A DNA stretch of 64,000 nt from a virus. The position numbers and the translations under genes were made by a program. Of this stretch, positions 1 through 9,865 are shown piece after piece (positions within the stretch are counted from its first letter, which is position 1; every line of letters starts with the position of its first letter). The notes below the pieces were generated by a model. That model was not told where the DNA came from. It worked only from the letters and a program-made list of their open reading frames with translations, and did not search any database. The stretch covers positions 8,009-72,008 of IMG/VR virus record IMGVR_UViG_3300007514_000005; one strand, 5' to 3'.

Positions 1-1
1 T

Positions 2-3000
2 GACTACATAGCGGCGCAGGGAACATTCGGTGGTTTAAGTGCTGTGGTAGGCGATACTACACCGGAATTAGGTGGAGACCTAGATGTGCAGGCTCGTAAG
101 ATTTACACTAGCACTTCAAATGGTGATATAACACTTGAACCCAAAGATAAGGTGATAGTGAAAACGGGAACATCAGGTAATGATGGTTATTTGCAGATTC
201 TAGGTGATGGTAATAATGCTGATGCAAAATTAAGATTCACAAACGGCACTTATGGATGCAACATAATTCTAGTTAGAACACAACCAAATACTCTCAAAAT
301 TGAAGGTTCTTCTTCATTCAAATTCGATTGCCGCACTTCTACTTCGGGCATGACCTTCCCCGATGGAACGACTCAAAACACGGCGGCTACAAGCCTGACT
401 CTTCTTGACGAAGATAATATGGCTACCAATAGCGCTACTGCCGCCGCTTCACAACAGTCAATAAAGGCGTATGTTGATGCTGAGGTTGCGGGTATTGTTG
501 ATTCTGCACCTTCGGCTTTGAATACTCTAAACGAGTTAGCCGCCGCTTTGGGTGATGATGCTAACTATGCCGCCACTACTACTACTGCTCTAGGACAAAA
601 ATTAGTCAAAGCAAGCAACCTGTCTGATTTGACTAACGCGGGAACAGCGAGAACAAACTTGGGCTTAGGGGCGGCGGCAGTAAAGGCTGTTGCTACTGAT
701 GGCGCAGGTGGTGTTGCTGACGGAGAAGCGGGGTTAGTCACAGGTAATGCAGTATATGATTATGTGGCCGCAAACGGTGGAGATAGTAATGCAGGGGCGG
801 CAAATGGTTCAGCGTCCGCTCCCGCCTTTTCATTCTCAGGTGATAACGACACAGGTATGTATTACAAAAGCAACAACACATTAGGGTTCGCCACAGGCGG
901 CACTTTCAGGATGAGTATTGATAACAACGGGCATCTTTTGGGATTAAACAATTTGCATATCGCAGGGTGGGGGTCTTACTCTTACCCCGCTATTACTATG
1001 GGGGGCGACACAGATACCGGAATAGGTGCAGATGGCGCTAACGGACTTTTCATAGGCACAGGTGGTAGCCCACGAGTGAAGATACAAGGAGATGTTGTAG
1101 ATTTCGTGAATTCAAAGATTAAACTTGGTGGTTCATACGGTTCAGATGGGCAGGTTCTCACTTCCACAGGAAGTGGTGTTGCTTGGGAGAACGCAAGTGG
1201 GGGTATATCCGATATTGTAAGTGATACATCACCACAGTTAGGTGGTAATTTGGATACTCAAGGGTATTACATTCAAAGTAGCACTTCAAATAAAACGGTA
1301 ATAAAACCCGGAGCGGGAAGCGGAAATCCTCAAGTTAGTATCGGAGATGATAGCAACAATCCCGGCATTTTGAGAGTAGGTAGTAATGGGGTGGATAACG
1401 CACTACCCCTTGCTGTTAGCGTCAAGAATTCATCTAACAGCGCACAACAGACCGCCGCGTATTTCTTAGCAGGTAATCAACACTCTTCCGCAAGGGCGGC
1501 AGGATTTGGGCCTAAGATAGAATTTAGGGCTTCTTCCGGCACGCAATATAGCGGCCAAGTATCGGCTACAATAGGCACTAAACAAATAGGAACAGGAGAG
1601 TCAGCAAACCACGACCTACACCTTGAGGCAGGTGGAACAGGTAAAATTAGGTTTAATGACGAATTTTCATTCCCTGCGGCTGATGGTTCTAGCGGCCAAG
1701 TGTTGCAGACCGATGGTTCAGGAACATTGTCTTGGGCGACAGCAGGCGGCGGAGACTCTTGGGGAACGGCGGTAGATGCTCATATTATTCCTGATACTGA
1801 TAACGCATACGATTTAGGTTCTTCTAGTGCTGAATTCAGAAATGGTTATTTTGACGGAACATTGTATTGTGATGGAATAGATTTGCAAGGCAACATTACC
1901 GCGCCTAACTCAGATATTACCATAACAGGTGGTGGGCCTCAAGCAGATAGAGCACACATTAAATTACCTAATGCAACAACCGGAACGCTTCAGATAATGG
2001 GAAATTCCTTACAAAATTCTAACATAGACATTGATACCCGTTATTCATCAGGCACAGGACAAATTAGACTCAAAACTAAAGGCTCAACAAGATTCGCTGT
2101 TGGTGCAGATGGAGACTTACTAATTGGTGGAAGTGCGGCAGGTTCTTCCGGTCAGGTATTGACTTCCGGTGGTAGTGGGTCTGCACCCTCTTGGGCTACT
2201 CCGAGTGGTAGTCCGGGCGGAAGTGATACTCAATTGCAATATAACAACGGTGGCGCTTTTGGTGGAATAACAGGTGTGACTTATGATGACTCCAATGGTA
2301 GGTTATTCTTAGACTCTACAAGAGTAGTTATTGGTGGGTCTGCTAATTATGCTAATGGTCTTACAGTAAATGATGAAGCACAAATGCGAAATACAGTCAA
2401 GTTTGCTGACGGTTCTGCTTCTGCCCCTTCTATTACTCGATGGAATAATGGTGATGATAATACAGGTATTTACTTTGTTAATCCTGATGTAATAGGCTTT
2501 ACAACAGGCGGCACTTCAAGAATGACTATTGCGGCTGATGGAACGGTAAATATCACAGGTTCTTTGACTGTTCAGGGGTCTTCTGTTGGTGGCGCAAGCG
2601 CACTTACCGACCTTTCTGATGCGCTCGTAGAAAATAATTCGGTTTGGGTTGGCTCACCCCCTTCTGCAACAAACGGAGCAAGCGATAACACCGCCATTGG
2701 AAAAGGGGCGCTAGATAGTCTCACGACAGGCGACTATAACACGGCAGTCGGAAGGCACGCGCTGAGCGCGGTGACTAGCGGTAATTACAATGTCGCGCTC
2801 GGTTGGTATGCCGCTTCAGAACATAGCACAAGCACAGAAGGTATAGTCGCTATTGGACATAGTGCCGGAAAAACATCAACCGCAAACGGAAATGTTCTAG
2901 TAGGTCATAGGGCTTTGGAAAACGATTCTTCGGGTGGTTCAAACATCGTCATCGGACATTGGGCGGCGCAACAAACCGAAAATATGTGGACGAGCGTGTA

Positions 3001-4735
3001 TTTAGGATATTTCGCAGGATATGGTAATTCTTCTACAAGCAATACAGGGGATAGCAACATCGGTATTGGATACGAAGCACATCGAAACCACACTACCGGA
3101 AGTAGCAATATCGCCATCGGTAAAGCAAGTCTAAAGCAAGCGACTACCGGAACAAGAAATATCGCCATTGGTGAGGGCGCACTAGAAATGCCCAACACCG
3201 AGAATGATAACCTAGCCATCGGTATTGATGCTATGGGTGGTGGCGTCTCAGGTGGAGAATATAATGTAAGCGTTGGTAATTACTCCGGTGGTGCAAACGC
3301 TCTCAACAACCTTTCTGCTGATGAGTCGGTCTTTGTTGGATACAAGGCCGGAAATAAGGTGGAGAGTGGTGGATATAGCACTATGATTGGTGCGTATGCG
3401 GGTCAAGAGGTGACTACGGGTAATTCCCATGTTCTCATAGGAAGAGAAGCAGGACAAAAATTAACTACGAGTAGTGGAGTAGTCGCTATTGGTTATAATT
3501 CAGGTAGATTTGCAACGGGCGCAAATAACACCTTTGTAGGTTATGGGGCAGGAAAGAGAGGAACAGAAGGTAGTAGTCAATCTAACACAGTAGTAGGATA
3601 TAACGCTTTGCAAAGCAATTATGGTAATCAAAATACAATAATGGGTAGTCAAGCAGGTATCTTCATTACATCTTCTATGAATACAATCATAGGAAATAAC
3701 GCCGGAAGAAACCTAACTTCTGATGCTAACACGGCAGTAGGGTCTGATGCTCTTAACGCCGCTCAAGGTGCTGAAAGAAACACAGCAATAGGATACGGTT
3801 CATTGGATACATTGAGCACGGGAGACAAGAACACCGCTTTGGGATACAAGAGCGGAGACGCAATGAATACGGGGTCGCATAACATCACTATCGGAAATGA
3901 GGCCGGAGATAATATCACGAGCGGTTCAGGAAATGTGGTAATCGGAAAGGCTGATGTATCAAGTGCAACAGGCAACGACCAATTATCTATCTCTTCGGGT
4001 GACGGAGATGTGACTTGGCTCACAGGAACAAGCGCAGGTGTAGTGGATATTCCCGGCTCTTTGACGGTAGCAGGTGCGTCTGTTGGTGGTGCTTCTTCTG
4101 CCCATGTGATTAAGACTGCGGGTGTAAATTGGTATGGTAGTCAGCAGGCTGATATACGACTTACTTCCCTTCCACCATACGGTGTGAAGGCTATGACTAC
4201 TTTCACTTTCAGCACTTCAGGAGATTACGATAAACCTATCTTCTTCCCCTTCGTTGCTCCAAAGACGGGCAACCTTAGCAGGATGAATTCGTATGCTCAT
4301 AGCGGCGCAACAGGACTAAATTTGCTTGTTGCAGTTTATAGCGACCACAACGGATACCCCGCTTCACTACTTTTCAAAGGAACAATGGATTGGTCGAGTG
4401 GTGGGAATAAAACCATTACATCATTCACAGACGCAAGCGGCAACAGCGTCACTCCTTCTTTAACGAAGGACACCCAATACCATGTAGGTTGGGTTAGAGA
4501 CGACAACGGTGTGGCTTACACGGCCTATGTCTCAAATGGGCAATACGGCCCTTCTTCCGGTCTTAACTTGAACATGGCCGAAGCGTATGTGGGTGTATCA
4601 GACACCATTGGGCAGTATGGGGGGTCAAGCAATGTGTTGGCTACTTCCTACAATAGTGGAAGCCCCGATTGGGATGATTTCACTTATTTCAATGCGTCTG
4701 TTAAGCCGATTAACTTTGGAATTAAATACGCATGA
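2..4735 (+). CDS. Long tail fibre / adhesin (5'-truncated by window edge)
   Basis: Frame is open from position 2, so the ORF-track start at 44 is internal. Fibre motifs DSAPSALNTLNELAAALGDD, DT(S/T)P(Q/E)LGG(N/D)LD and repeated G-x-x-GQVL-x-S/T-x-G-x-G-x-x-x-W, plus many ~14-aa N-x-A-I/V-G-x-x-A repeats of YadA-head/beta-roll type. Followed by a fibre chaperone. Confidence 0.85.
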   Translation, partial: DYIAAQGTFGGLSAVVGDTTPELGGDLDVQARKIYTSTSNGDITLEPKDKVIVKTGTSGNDGYLQILGDGNNADAKLRFTNGTYGCNIILVRTQPNTLKIEGSSSFKFDCRTSTSGMTFPDGTTQNTAATSLTLLDEDNMATNSATAAASQQSIKAYVDAEVAGIVDSAPSALNTLNELAAALGDDANYAATTTTALGQKLVKASNLSDLTNAGTARTNLGLGAAAVKAVATDGAGGVADGEAGLVTGNAVYDYVAANGGDSNAGAANGSASAPAFSFSGDNDTGMYYKSNNTLGFATGGTFRMSIDNNGHLLGLNNLHIAGWGSYSYPAITMGGDTDTGIGADGANGLFIGTGGSPRVKIQGDVVDFVNSKIKLGGSYGSDGQVLTSTGSGVAWENASGGISDIVSDTSPQLGGNLDTQGYYIQSSTSNKTVIKPGAGSGNPQVSIGDDSNNPGILRVGSNGVDNALPLAVSVKNSSNSAQQTAAYFLAGNQHSSARAAGFGPKIEFRASSGTQYSGQVSATIGTKQIGTGESANHDLHLEAGGTGKIRFNDEFSFPAADGSSGQVLQTDGSGTLSWATAGGGDSWGTAVDAHIIPDTDNAYDLGSSSAEFRNGYFDGTLYCDGIDLQGNITAPNSDITITGGGPQADRAHIKLPNATTGTLQIMGNSLQNSNIDIDTRYSSGTGQIRLKTKGSTRFAVGADGDLLIGGSAAGSSGQVLTSGGSGSAPSWATPSGSPGGSDTQLQYNNGGAFGGITGVTYDDSNGRLFLDSTRVVIGGSANYANGLTVNDEAQMRNTVKFADGSASAPSITRWNNGDDNTGIYFVNPDVIGFTTGGTSRMTIAADGTVNITGSLTVQGSSVGGASALTDLSDALVENNSVWVGSPPSATNGASDNTAIGKGALDSLTTGDYNTAVGRHALSAVTSGNYNVALGWYAASEHSTSTEGIVAIGHSAGKTSTANGNVLVGHRALENDSSGGSNIVIGHWAAQQTENMWTSVYLGYFAGYGNSSTSNTGDSNIGIGYEAHRNHTTGSSNIAIGKASLKQATTGTRNIAIGEGALEMPNTENDNLAIGIDAMGGGVSGGEYNVSVGNYSGGANALNNLSADESVFVGYKAGNKVESGGYSTMIGAYAGQEVTTGNSHVLIGREAGQKLTTSSGVVAIGYNSGRFATGANNTFVGYGAGKRGTEGSSQSNTVVGYNALQSNYGNQNTIMGSQAGIFITSSMNTIIGNNAGRNLTSDANTAVGSDALNAAQGAERNTAIGYGSLDTLSTGDKNTALGYKSGDAMNTGSHNITIGNEAGDNITSGSGNVVIGKADVSSATGNDQLSISSGDGDVTWLTGTSAGVVDIPGSLTVAGASVGGASSAHVIKTAGVNWYGSQQADIRLTSLPPYGVKAMTTFTFSTSGDYDKPIFFPFVAPKTGNLSRMNSYAHSGATGLNLLVAVYSDHNGYPASLLFKGTMDWSSGGNKTITSFTDASGNSVTPSLTKDTQYHVGWVRDDNGVAYTAYVSNGQYGPSSGLNLNMAEAYVGVSDTIGQYGGSSNVLATSYNSGSPDWDDFTYFNASVKPINFGIKYA

Positions 4736-4744
4736 GGTGATTAG

Positions 4745-5032
4745 ATGACTAAGGATTTTAGGAAATGGACTACTATTAACGAAAATGGTGAGAAAGAAGA
4801 GAAGTATGAAGACGCCACTTGGGAATTAGTGCGTGCGCGTAGGAATACTATGTTGGATATAACAGACCATTTGATAGGCAACCAATGGGATAGGCTAACT
4901 GAACAACAGCAGACAGACTTGAAGGCCTTTAGGCAGACGCTTAGAGATGCGCCGGAAGGACATGATAACGCCAATGACGCTTGTGATGCAATGCCGGAGA
5001 TTCCTCATTGGGTAGTATTACTACTTGGCTAA
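4745..5032 (+). CDS. Tail fibre assembly chaperone (Phage_tail_APC-like)
   Basis: W-x-x-VR-x-x-RN-x-x-L...D...FRQ-x-LRD-x-P signature; directly after the fibre gene; GAGGTGA RBS. Confidence 0.8.
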   Translation: MTKDFRKWTTINENGEKEEKYEDATWELVRARRNTMLDITDHLIGNQWDRLTEQQQTDLKAFRQTLRDAPEGHDNANDACDAMPEIPHWVVLLLG

Positions 5033-5071
5033 CCGTAATAGATAAACGACACTCCTTCTATACTCTTACGC

Positions 5072-5968
5072 ATGAGCGAAGACGATGAAAGTATAATCAC
5101 GGTCTTGAATACTCGATTCCAAGAATTGAGAACGCTTATGATTACTATTGGGTCTATACTTGCTATGTTAGTGGCGGGCATAAATCAAGCGGGAATGATT
5201 GATTTTTGGAATGATGGTGGCGGTGATGAACCCGTTGTCTGCGAACCTGATTGGGAATTCGTTGTTGATTACTATGTGATAGAATATGATTTATTGATGA
5301 ATATGAGAGTGTCGGATATATCATTGTGTAATGAAGTGCATTCTCTTGAATACTATATCGCTATGAATGAATACGAATTTGTAGAGGATAGCGACCAATT
5401 CCGCAATACATACATATTTTCGCACACAATAGAGGATATAGAAGAAGGAACACATCATGTATATGTTGAGGTTCTAAATGGAACAATCAATCTACACGAA
5501 GAATTTGTGTTTGACTTTGAATTTGACGAGAATGAGCACGAAAATGCAGTATATGGTTGCACAGACCCCATAGCATTGAATTATGATGAAGAGGCTACAC
5601 ACGATGATGGGTCTTGTGAATACGAACAAGAAGAAGAAGAAATAACAGAAGATTGCTTAGCAATGTTCTATGATACGCACGCATACAAGAACAACACTAC
5701 CATTTACACAGATTTTGATGTAGATTTTTCATGTAAAGCAAATATCACGATTACAGTAAATGTGGTGATTTTGTCTTACGATAATGAAACAGATACCAAA
5801 GAGATAATTGGTAATCAAAGCCTAACATACGAAACTTATCATTATGATTGGGATTATCGCTTTTTGGATTTCTACAACCTTACTCAACCGGAAGAAACAG
5901 ACTTGGAAGTATTATTCCGTGTCTATCATCAAGACGAAATAGATGATATGACTACGGTGTGGGTCTGA
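5072..5968 (+). CDS. Acidic membrane-anchored surface protein with GCTD motif
   Basis: N-terminal hydrophobic helix; VYGCTDPIALNYDEEATHDDGSCEY motif; very D/E-rich. Confidence 0.7.
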   Translation: MSEDDESIITVLNTRFQELRTLMITIGSILAMLVAGINQAGMIDFWNDGGGDEPVVCEPDWEFVVDYYVIEYDLLMNMRVSDISLCNEVHSLEYYIAMNEYEFVEDSDQFRNTYIFSHTIEDIEEGTHHVYVEVLNGTINLHEEFVFDFEFDENEHENAVYGCTDPIALNYDEEATHDDGSCEYEQEEEEITEDCLAMFYDTHAYKNNTTIYTDFDVDFSCKANITITVNVVILSYDNETDTKEIIGNQSLTYETYHYDWDYRFLDFYNLTQPEETDLEVLFRVYHQDEIDDMTTVWV

Positions 5969-6336
5969 TGAGAGGGCAAGAATTAACACAAGTCCTTTTG
6001 GCTACTTTACTTGTTGGTATGGCTACTGTTGGTAGTGGTGGATACATAGGTAGTATAACAGATAATGTATCCTTCACTTGCCGTGATGTAGAAGGGGAAG
6101 TAGTATGGAAAGACCATTCTGAGGGTTGGTTCAAAATTTATGTGACGCTGTATAACGACAGTATTAGTGGTGATGGACAAAGCGACTATTCCGTATATGT
6201 TGGGCCGGATACTTATGATAGATACCAAATAGGGGATACATACACAGAACAGATGTGTGATGTAGAAGCGCACAATGAATTTAAGCAATTCTTACAAGAC
6301 TTGCTAGATGCGGGGCTTTTGGAGCAAGGTTCATAA
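5959..6336 (+). CDS. Secreted/membrane hypothetical protein
   Basis: Signal-like N-terminus; overlaps the end of the previous gene. Confidence 0.65.
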   Translation: MGLMRGQELTQVLLATLLVGMATVGSGGYIGSITDNVSFTCRDVEGEVVWKDHSEGWFKIYVTLYNDSISGDGQSDYSVYVGPDTYDRYQIGDTYTEQMCDVEAHNEFKQFLQDLLDAGLLEQGS

Positions 6337-6353
6337 ATCATCAAGGCTGTTTA

Positions 6354-7673
6354 GTGCTTATGTCGTGCGACTGTAAGTGTGATTCCGAAGAGGAAATTAT
6401 CGAAGAAGCGGCTTTCAAGACCTGTGAGGTATGTGCTACCAAGTCTTCATGTAAAGAAAAGAATTCCTGTAAGGAGTCTTATTCAGCAGTAATGCTATCA
6501 GCAGACGAAGAAGACACTTGCCCTGTTGGAGAAGAAATGATAGACGGCGAGTGCAAAAAGGTAGCAGTCAGTATTGAATTAGAGATTGACGACATGAAAG
6601 CCATTGTTGAAGCCACTACCGGAGATACTATCATAGAAATTCGTGGTGTAGCATTCCATGAAGGTATGAACAAGAATAATTGGGCATTAACCGCAGAAGG
6701 CGCACGAGCGCTAGTCACACAGATGGAAGGTGCAGACCTAACACTAAATCACCCCGAAGCCTCAGAACACGGCACGGGCTTTACACGAAACATGGATGGT
6801 GGAGTAGAAGAAGCAGTAGTCGGTTATATCAAAGCGGCAGATTTCTATACAACCCCTAGCGGTGGATATGAAGTCCGTTATATCGCTCATGTGCTAAGAC
6901 CTGAATTATTTGAGGCTCTTGAATCCGGCCTTTGGTCGAGAGAAGAGTATGGAGTAAGTATCGGTGGTTCAGGTGTGCCTGTAAGAGCAGACGAAGATGG
7001 AATTCTATTTGGGGAAGACTTTACTTTCGACCATTTGGCTATCGTGCATAAGCCTGCTTATGAGCGGGCGACCATTGAAAATGTGCGTAGAATAGAAAAA
7101 CCCGTTGAAATGGAAGCAAGGTTTATATCTCATTCAAACCGTGAGGATATTAGAACAACCGAAGAGATGGTGAGTGCAATGACCGAAGAGACAATTGATA
7201 CATCAGAAATGGAGAACGAAATAGAGACTCTAAAGGCTGACCTTGTGTTGGCTTCATCCCGCGTAGCGGAGTTTGAGGCGGCTGAGGCTGAGCGCATTGA
7301 GTCCGACAGAATGACTCTCGTGGAGAAGGCTACCGAAATGGGTATGTCCGGCCACGATGATTTGAAGGCTGAGACCCTAGAGACACTAATTGCGTCTTGG
7401 TCTGAGGCTCACCCTGACCCAACCCCTGTGGTTATGGAGTCCGTAGAGGCTGTGACTGACGAAGATGAGACAGTCGAGACCCCTGCTGTGGCTTCCGAGA
7501 CCCCAAGAGCGGTTGTCGCAAACTACCTAAATGGTAAGATTGTCGAGTCCGATGAGGACATTTACGCTCGTGCTTGGAACGCATGGGCAAAGGCATGGAA
7601 CGGAACACTTGCAATTGATGAGAAGGCAAGAATGTCCGCCCCAACATACGATGAACTAAAGGAGATGAACTAA
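6354..7673 (+). CDS. Prohead protease fused to scaffold domain
   Basis: Located just before decoration and capsid genes; H (LTLNHP), S (GVSIGG) and HLAIV-x-x-PAY motifs typical of caudoviral maturation proteases; acidic coiled-coil C-terminal half. Confidence 0.75.
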   Translation: MLMSCDCKCDSEEEIIEEAAFKTCEVCATKSSCKEKNSCKESYSAVMLSADEEDTCPVGEEMIDGECKKVAVSIELEIDDMKAIVEATTGDTIIEIRGVAFHEGMNKNNWALTAEGARALVTQMEGADLTLNHPEASEHGTGFTRNMDGGVEEAVVGYIKAADFYTTPSGGYEVRYIAHVLRPELFEALESGLWSREEYGVSIGGSGVPVRADEDGILFGEDFTFDHLAIVHKPAYERATIENVRRIEKPVEMEARFISHSNREDIRTTEEMVSAMTEETIDTSEMENEIETLKADLVLASSRVAEFEAAEAERIESDRMTLVEKATEMGMSGHDDLKAETLETLIASWSEAHPDPTPVVMESVEAVTDEDETVETPAVASETPRAVVANYLNGKIVESDEDIYARAWNAWAKAWNGTLAIDEKARMSAPTYDELKEMN

Positions 7674-7674
7674 G

Positions 7675-8070
7675 ATGGCCGCACTAAATGAAACAAGAAA
7701 TGCAACAATCGGCGAAGCAAGCATGGCTTCGCAAGGACTACTCGTAATGTATCACGCTGACGGTGTTAAGAAAACCGCCGCAGTCACAGACATTGCTGTT
7801 GGCGTCACCGCCGCCGAGTCTTCAAGAGACGCTGAGGGCGCACTTGAGGGAAGCGGAGTCGGAACAGTCGCAGTTTATCCTCTAAGCGGAATTGTCTATG
7901 TTAAGAGCATGGCTATCACCGCCGCAAAATTCGGAATGCCCCTTTATGTGGGAACAACCGATGGATATGTAGATGATTCTTCCTCAAACAGCGCAGTCAA
8001 GATGGGATACTACGCAGGTGAGAACATGGCTATTACAGCAGGAGACCTAGTGCCGTTGTTCTGTCTTTGA
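7675..8070 (+). CDS. Capsid decoration/cement protein (putative)
   Basis: Small Ala/Gly/Val-rich beta protein between scaffold and major capsid genes. Confidence 0.6.
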   Translation: MAALNETRNATIGEASMASQGLLVMYHADGVKKTAAVTDIAVGVTAAESSRDAEGALEGSGVGTVAVYPLSGIVYVKSMAITAAKFGMPLYVGTTDGYVDDSSSNSAVKMGYYAGENMAITAGDLVPLFCL

Positions 8071-8097
8071 GCAATAAATAGGAAATGAATACAGGAG

Positions 8098-9021
8098 ATG
8101 AAAAATATGGCTAACGAAACATTGGAACAGATATTAAATGTAAGTGCCGCAGACGGGCCGTTCTCGGTCGGAGATGCGGTTCTTGAGCAGACTCTTAGAG
8201 ACTTCATTCAATTGCAGTCTAACACAATCGCAATCGCTACTGACCTAGTCGGTGTGCGCTCAGTAAATTGGCTTGAATTCAAGTGGTATTCGGGAATTAC
8301 CGGAACATTTGATTGGCCTTTGGATGATGTAGCACTAACTGACCCAACAAAGGTAGGAACAGAAAACTACACCACAAAATTGGAGAAGGGTCAGGGTCGT
8401 GTGACCTTCCTAGACGCTGTGAGACTACGCGGCGAGTCATGGGAGAACATTGACCGACAGCAATTGGCTATCGTCCGCGCTCGCGCTGATGTAATAGACA
8501 ACACCATTCTAAAGGCTCTAGTAGCAGGTAGCGGAAACACCGATATTGCGGCTACACAGACCTTCGGACACGCTTCCGCAGACGAGGAAGGAGACCTACT
8601 AAAGTGTATGGATTCAATCTTCGCTAACGGTAAGGTATCAGGCAACGAGCCTCTTGCTCTAGTCCTTCCTGCCGACAAGAGAAGCGCTATCCTCAACACA
8701 ACCCTTTACGGAAATGTTGTTGAGTCGCTAGGCGACCACTTGGCTCGCATTGCTTCACTACGAATCTACTACACCCGTGATTACGGAACAGGCGGCGCAA
8801 TCGGCAACGATGCACTAATGCTAATTCCGGGCGCTGAGACTGCTGAATTCTTCACCTACAACGGTGAGGGCTTCACCGAGACCGAATTAACACGAATTCC
8901 GGGTCTAGGTTATGATTGGCTACTCACTTCCTACATGGGAACGGTTATCCACGAACACCAAGATGGTGCGGCGAGCGGCAAGAACAACAGAATGGTTAAA
9001 CTAACAGGCGTGCGCTCTTGA
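8098..9021 (+). CDS. Major capsid protein (HK97-fold, putative)
   Basis: ~305 aa, canonical position after protease and decoration genes, GGAG RBS. Confidence 0.75.
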   Translation: MKNMANETLEQILNVSAADGPFSVGDAVLEQTLRDFIQLQSNTIAIATDLVGVRSVNWLEFKWYSGITGTFDWPLDDVALTDPTKVGTENYTTKLEKGQGRVTFLDAVRLRGESWENIDRQQLAIVRARADVIDNTILKALVAGSGNTDIAATQTFGHASADEEGDLLKCMDSIFANGKVSGNEPLALVLPADKRSAILNTTLYGNVVESLGDHLARIASLRIYYTRDYGTGGAIGNDALMLIPGAETAEFFTYNGEGFTETELTRIPGLGYDWLLTSYMGTVIHEHQDGAASGKNNRMVKLTGVRS

Positions 9022-9038
9022 TTAGGAGCGTGGATTAA

Positions 9039-9419
9039 ATGCCTGAAAAGAAGAAAACCACTTCTAAGAAGTCTGCCCCCAAGAAGAAAACTTCTTCTAA
9101 GGCGGCGCTTGCTAAGAAACTTAAGGATGCAGGGCTTACTGTGCCGGAAGGTGCAGATGCTAAAGAGATGGAACACCGTCTTAAGCATTATACCGACTTG
9201 GATACAGCAGGATACAATGTTAGACTCTTTAGGGGATGGGGTAGTGAGTATTCCGAGCACCCTATCTCAAAACTAACAGACCGTAAGGCAATGTATTGGC
9301 TTCCCCCATCAGCATTTGCTGAGGAAATAGTGCAGACCAAGATGGTAGCAGTAGTTAAGCGTGGGCTACCCTTACATAACGCTATCGTCATAGATGTTCC
9401 CGTAGGATACGGGGAGTAA
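9039..9419 (+). CDS. Hypothetical protein with Lys-rich N-terminus
   Basis: ORF with RBS inside the virion operon. Confidence 0.65.
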   Translation: MPEKKKTTSKKSAPKKKTSSKAALAKKLKDAGLTVPEGADAKEMEHRLKHYTDLDTAGYNVRLFRGWGSEYSEHPISKLTDRKAMYWLPPSAFAEEIVQTKMVAVVKRGLPLHNAIVIDVPVGYGE

Positions 9420-9423
9420 TTGA

Positions 9424-9855
9424 ATGGCGGTCACTACGGCTCAGATTCGTGATTTACTAAACAGGCCGAGAGGCTTGACTGAAAACACTATTTCTGAGTA
9501 TATTACTATCCGCACGGCGGAAGTAGATAAGAAGTCAAGACAGTCAGGTTATGTAGGAGTCACAGATAACGCACCTACTACTACCCTGAAAGAATCGGCA
9601 ATTAAGATGCTTGTTTGTGTTGATTGCCTAAGAGTCCTCATAGATACCATACACGCTATTGTTCCTGAAAAAGAAAAGGGTGCTATGGATATTCGCTTTG
9701 CTAAGCAGTTATCTTCTTTTGAGAAGTCTGCTAGAGATGCTATGTCGGCGATAGAAGAGAAGAGTGCAACGGCTTTCAAGGTGAAGGCCACTACAACGAG
9801 AGTGGGCGGCACAACAGGTGCGCAATTAAGTGGTAATCTACACTCCGTTAAGTGA
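9424..9855 (+). CDS. Head-tail adaptor-like protein (putative)
   Basis: Helical ~140-aa protein after the capsid gene, with an MAVTTAQIRDLL adaptor-like start. Confidence 0.45.
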   Translation: MAVTTAQIRDLLNRPRGLTENTISEYITIRTAEVDKKSRQSGYVGVTDNAPTTTLKESAIKMLVCVDCLRVLIDTIHAIVPEKEKGAMDIRFAKQLSSFEKSARDAMSAIEEKSATAFKVKATTTRVGGTTGAQLSGNLHSVK

Positions 9856-9865
9856 GGTGTAGAAT

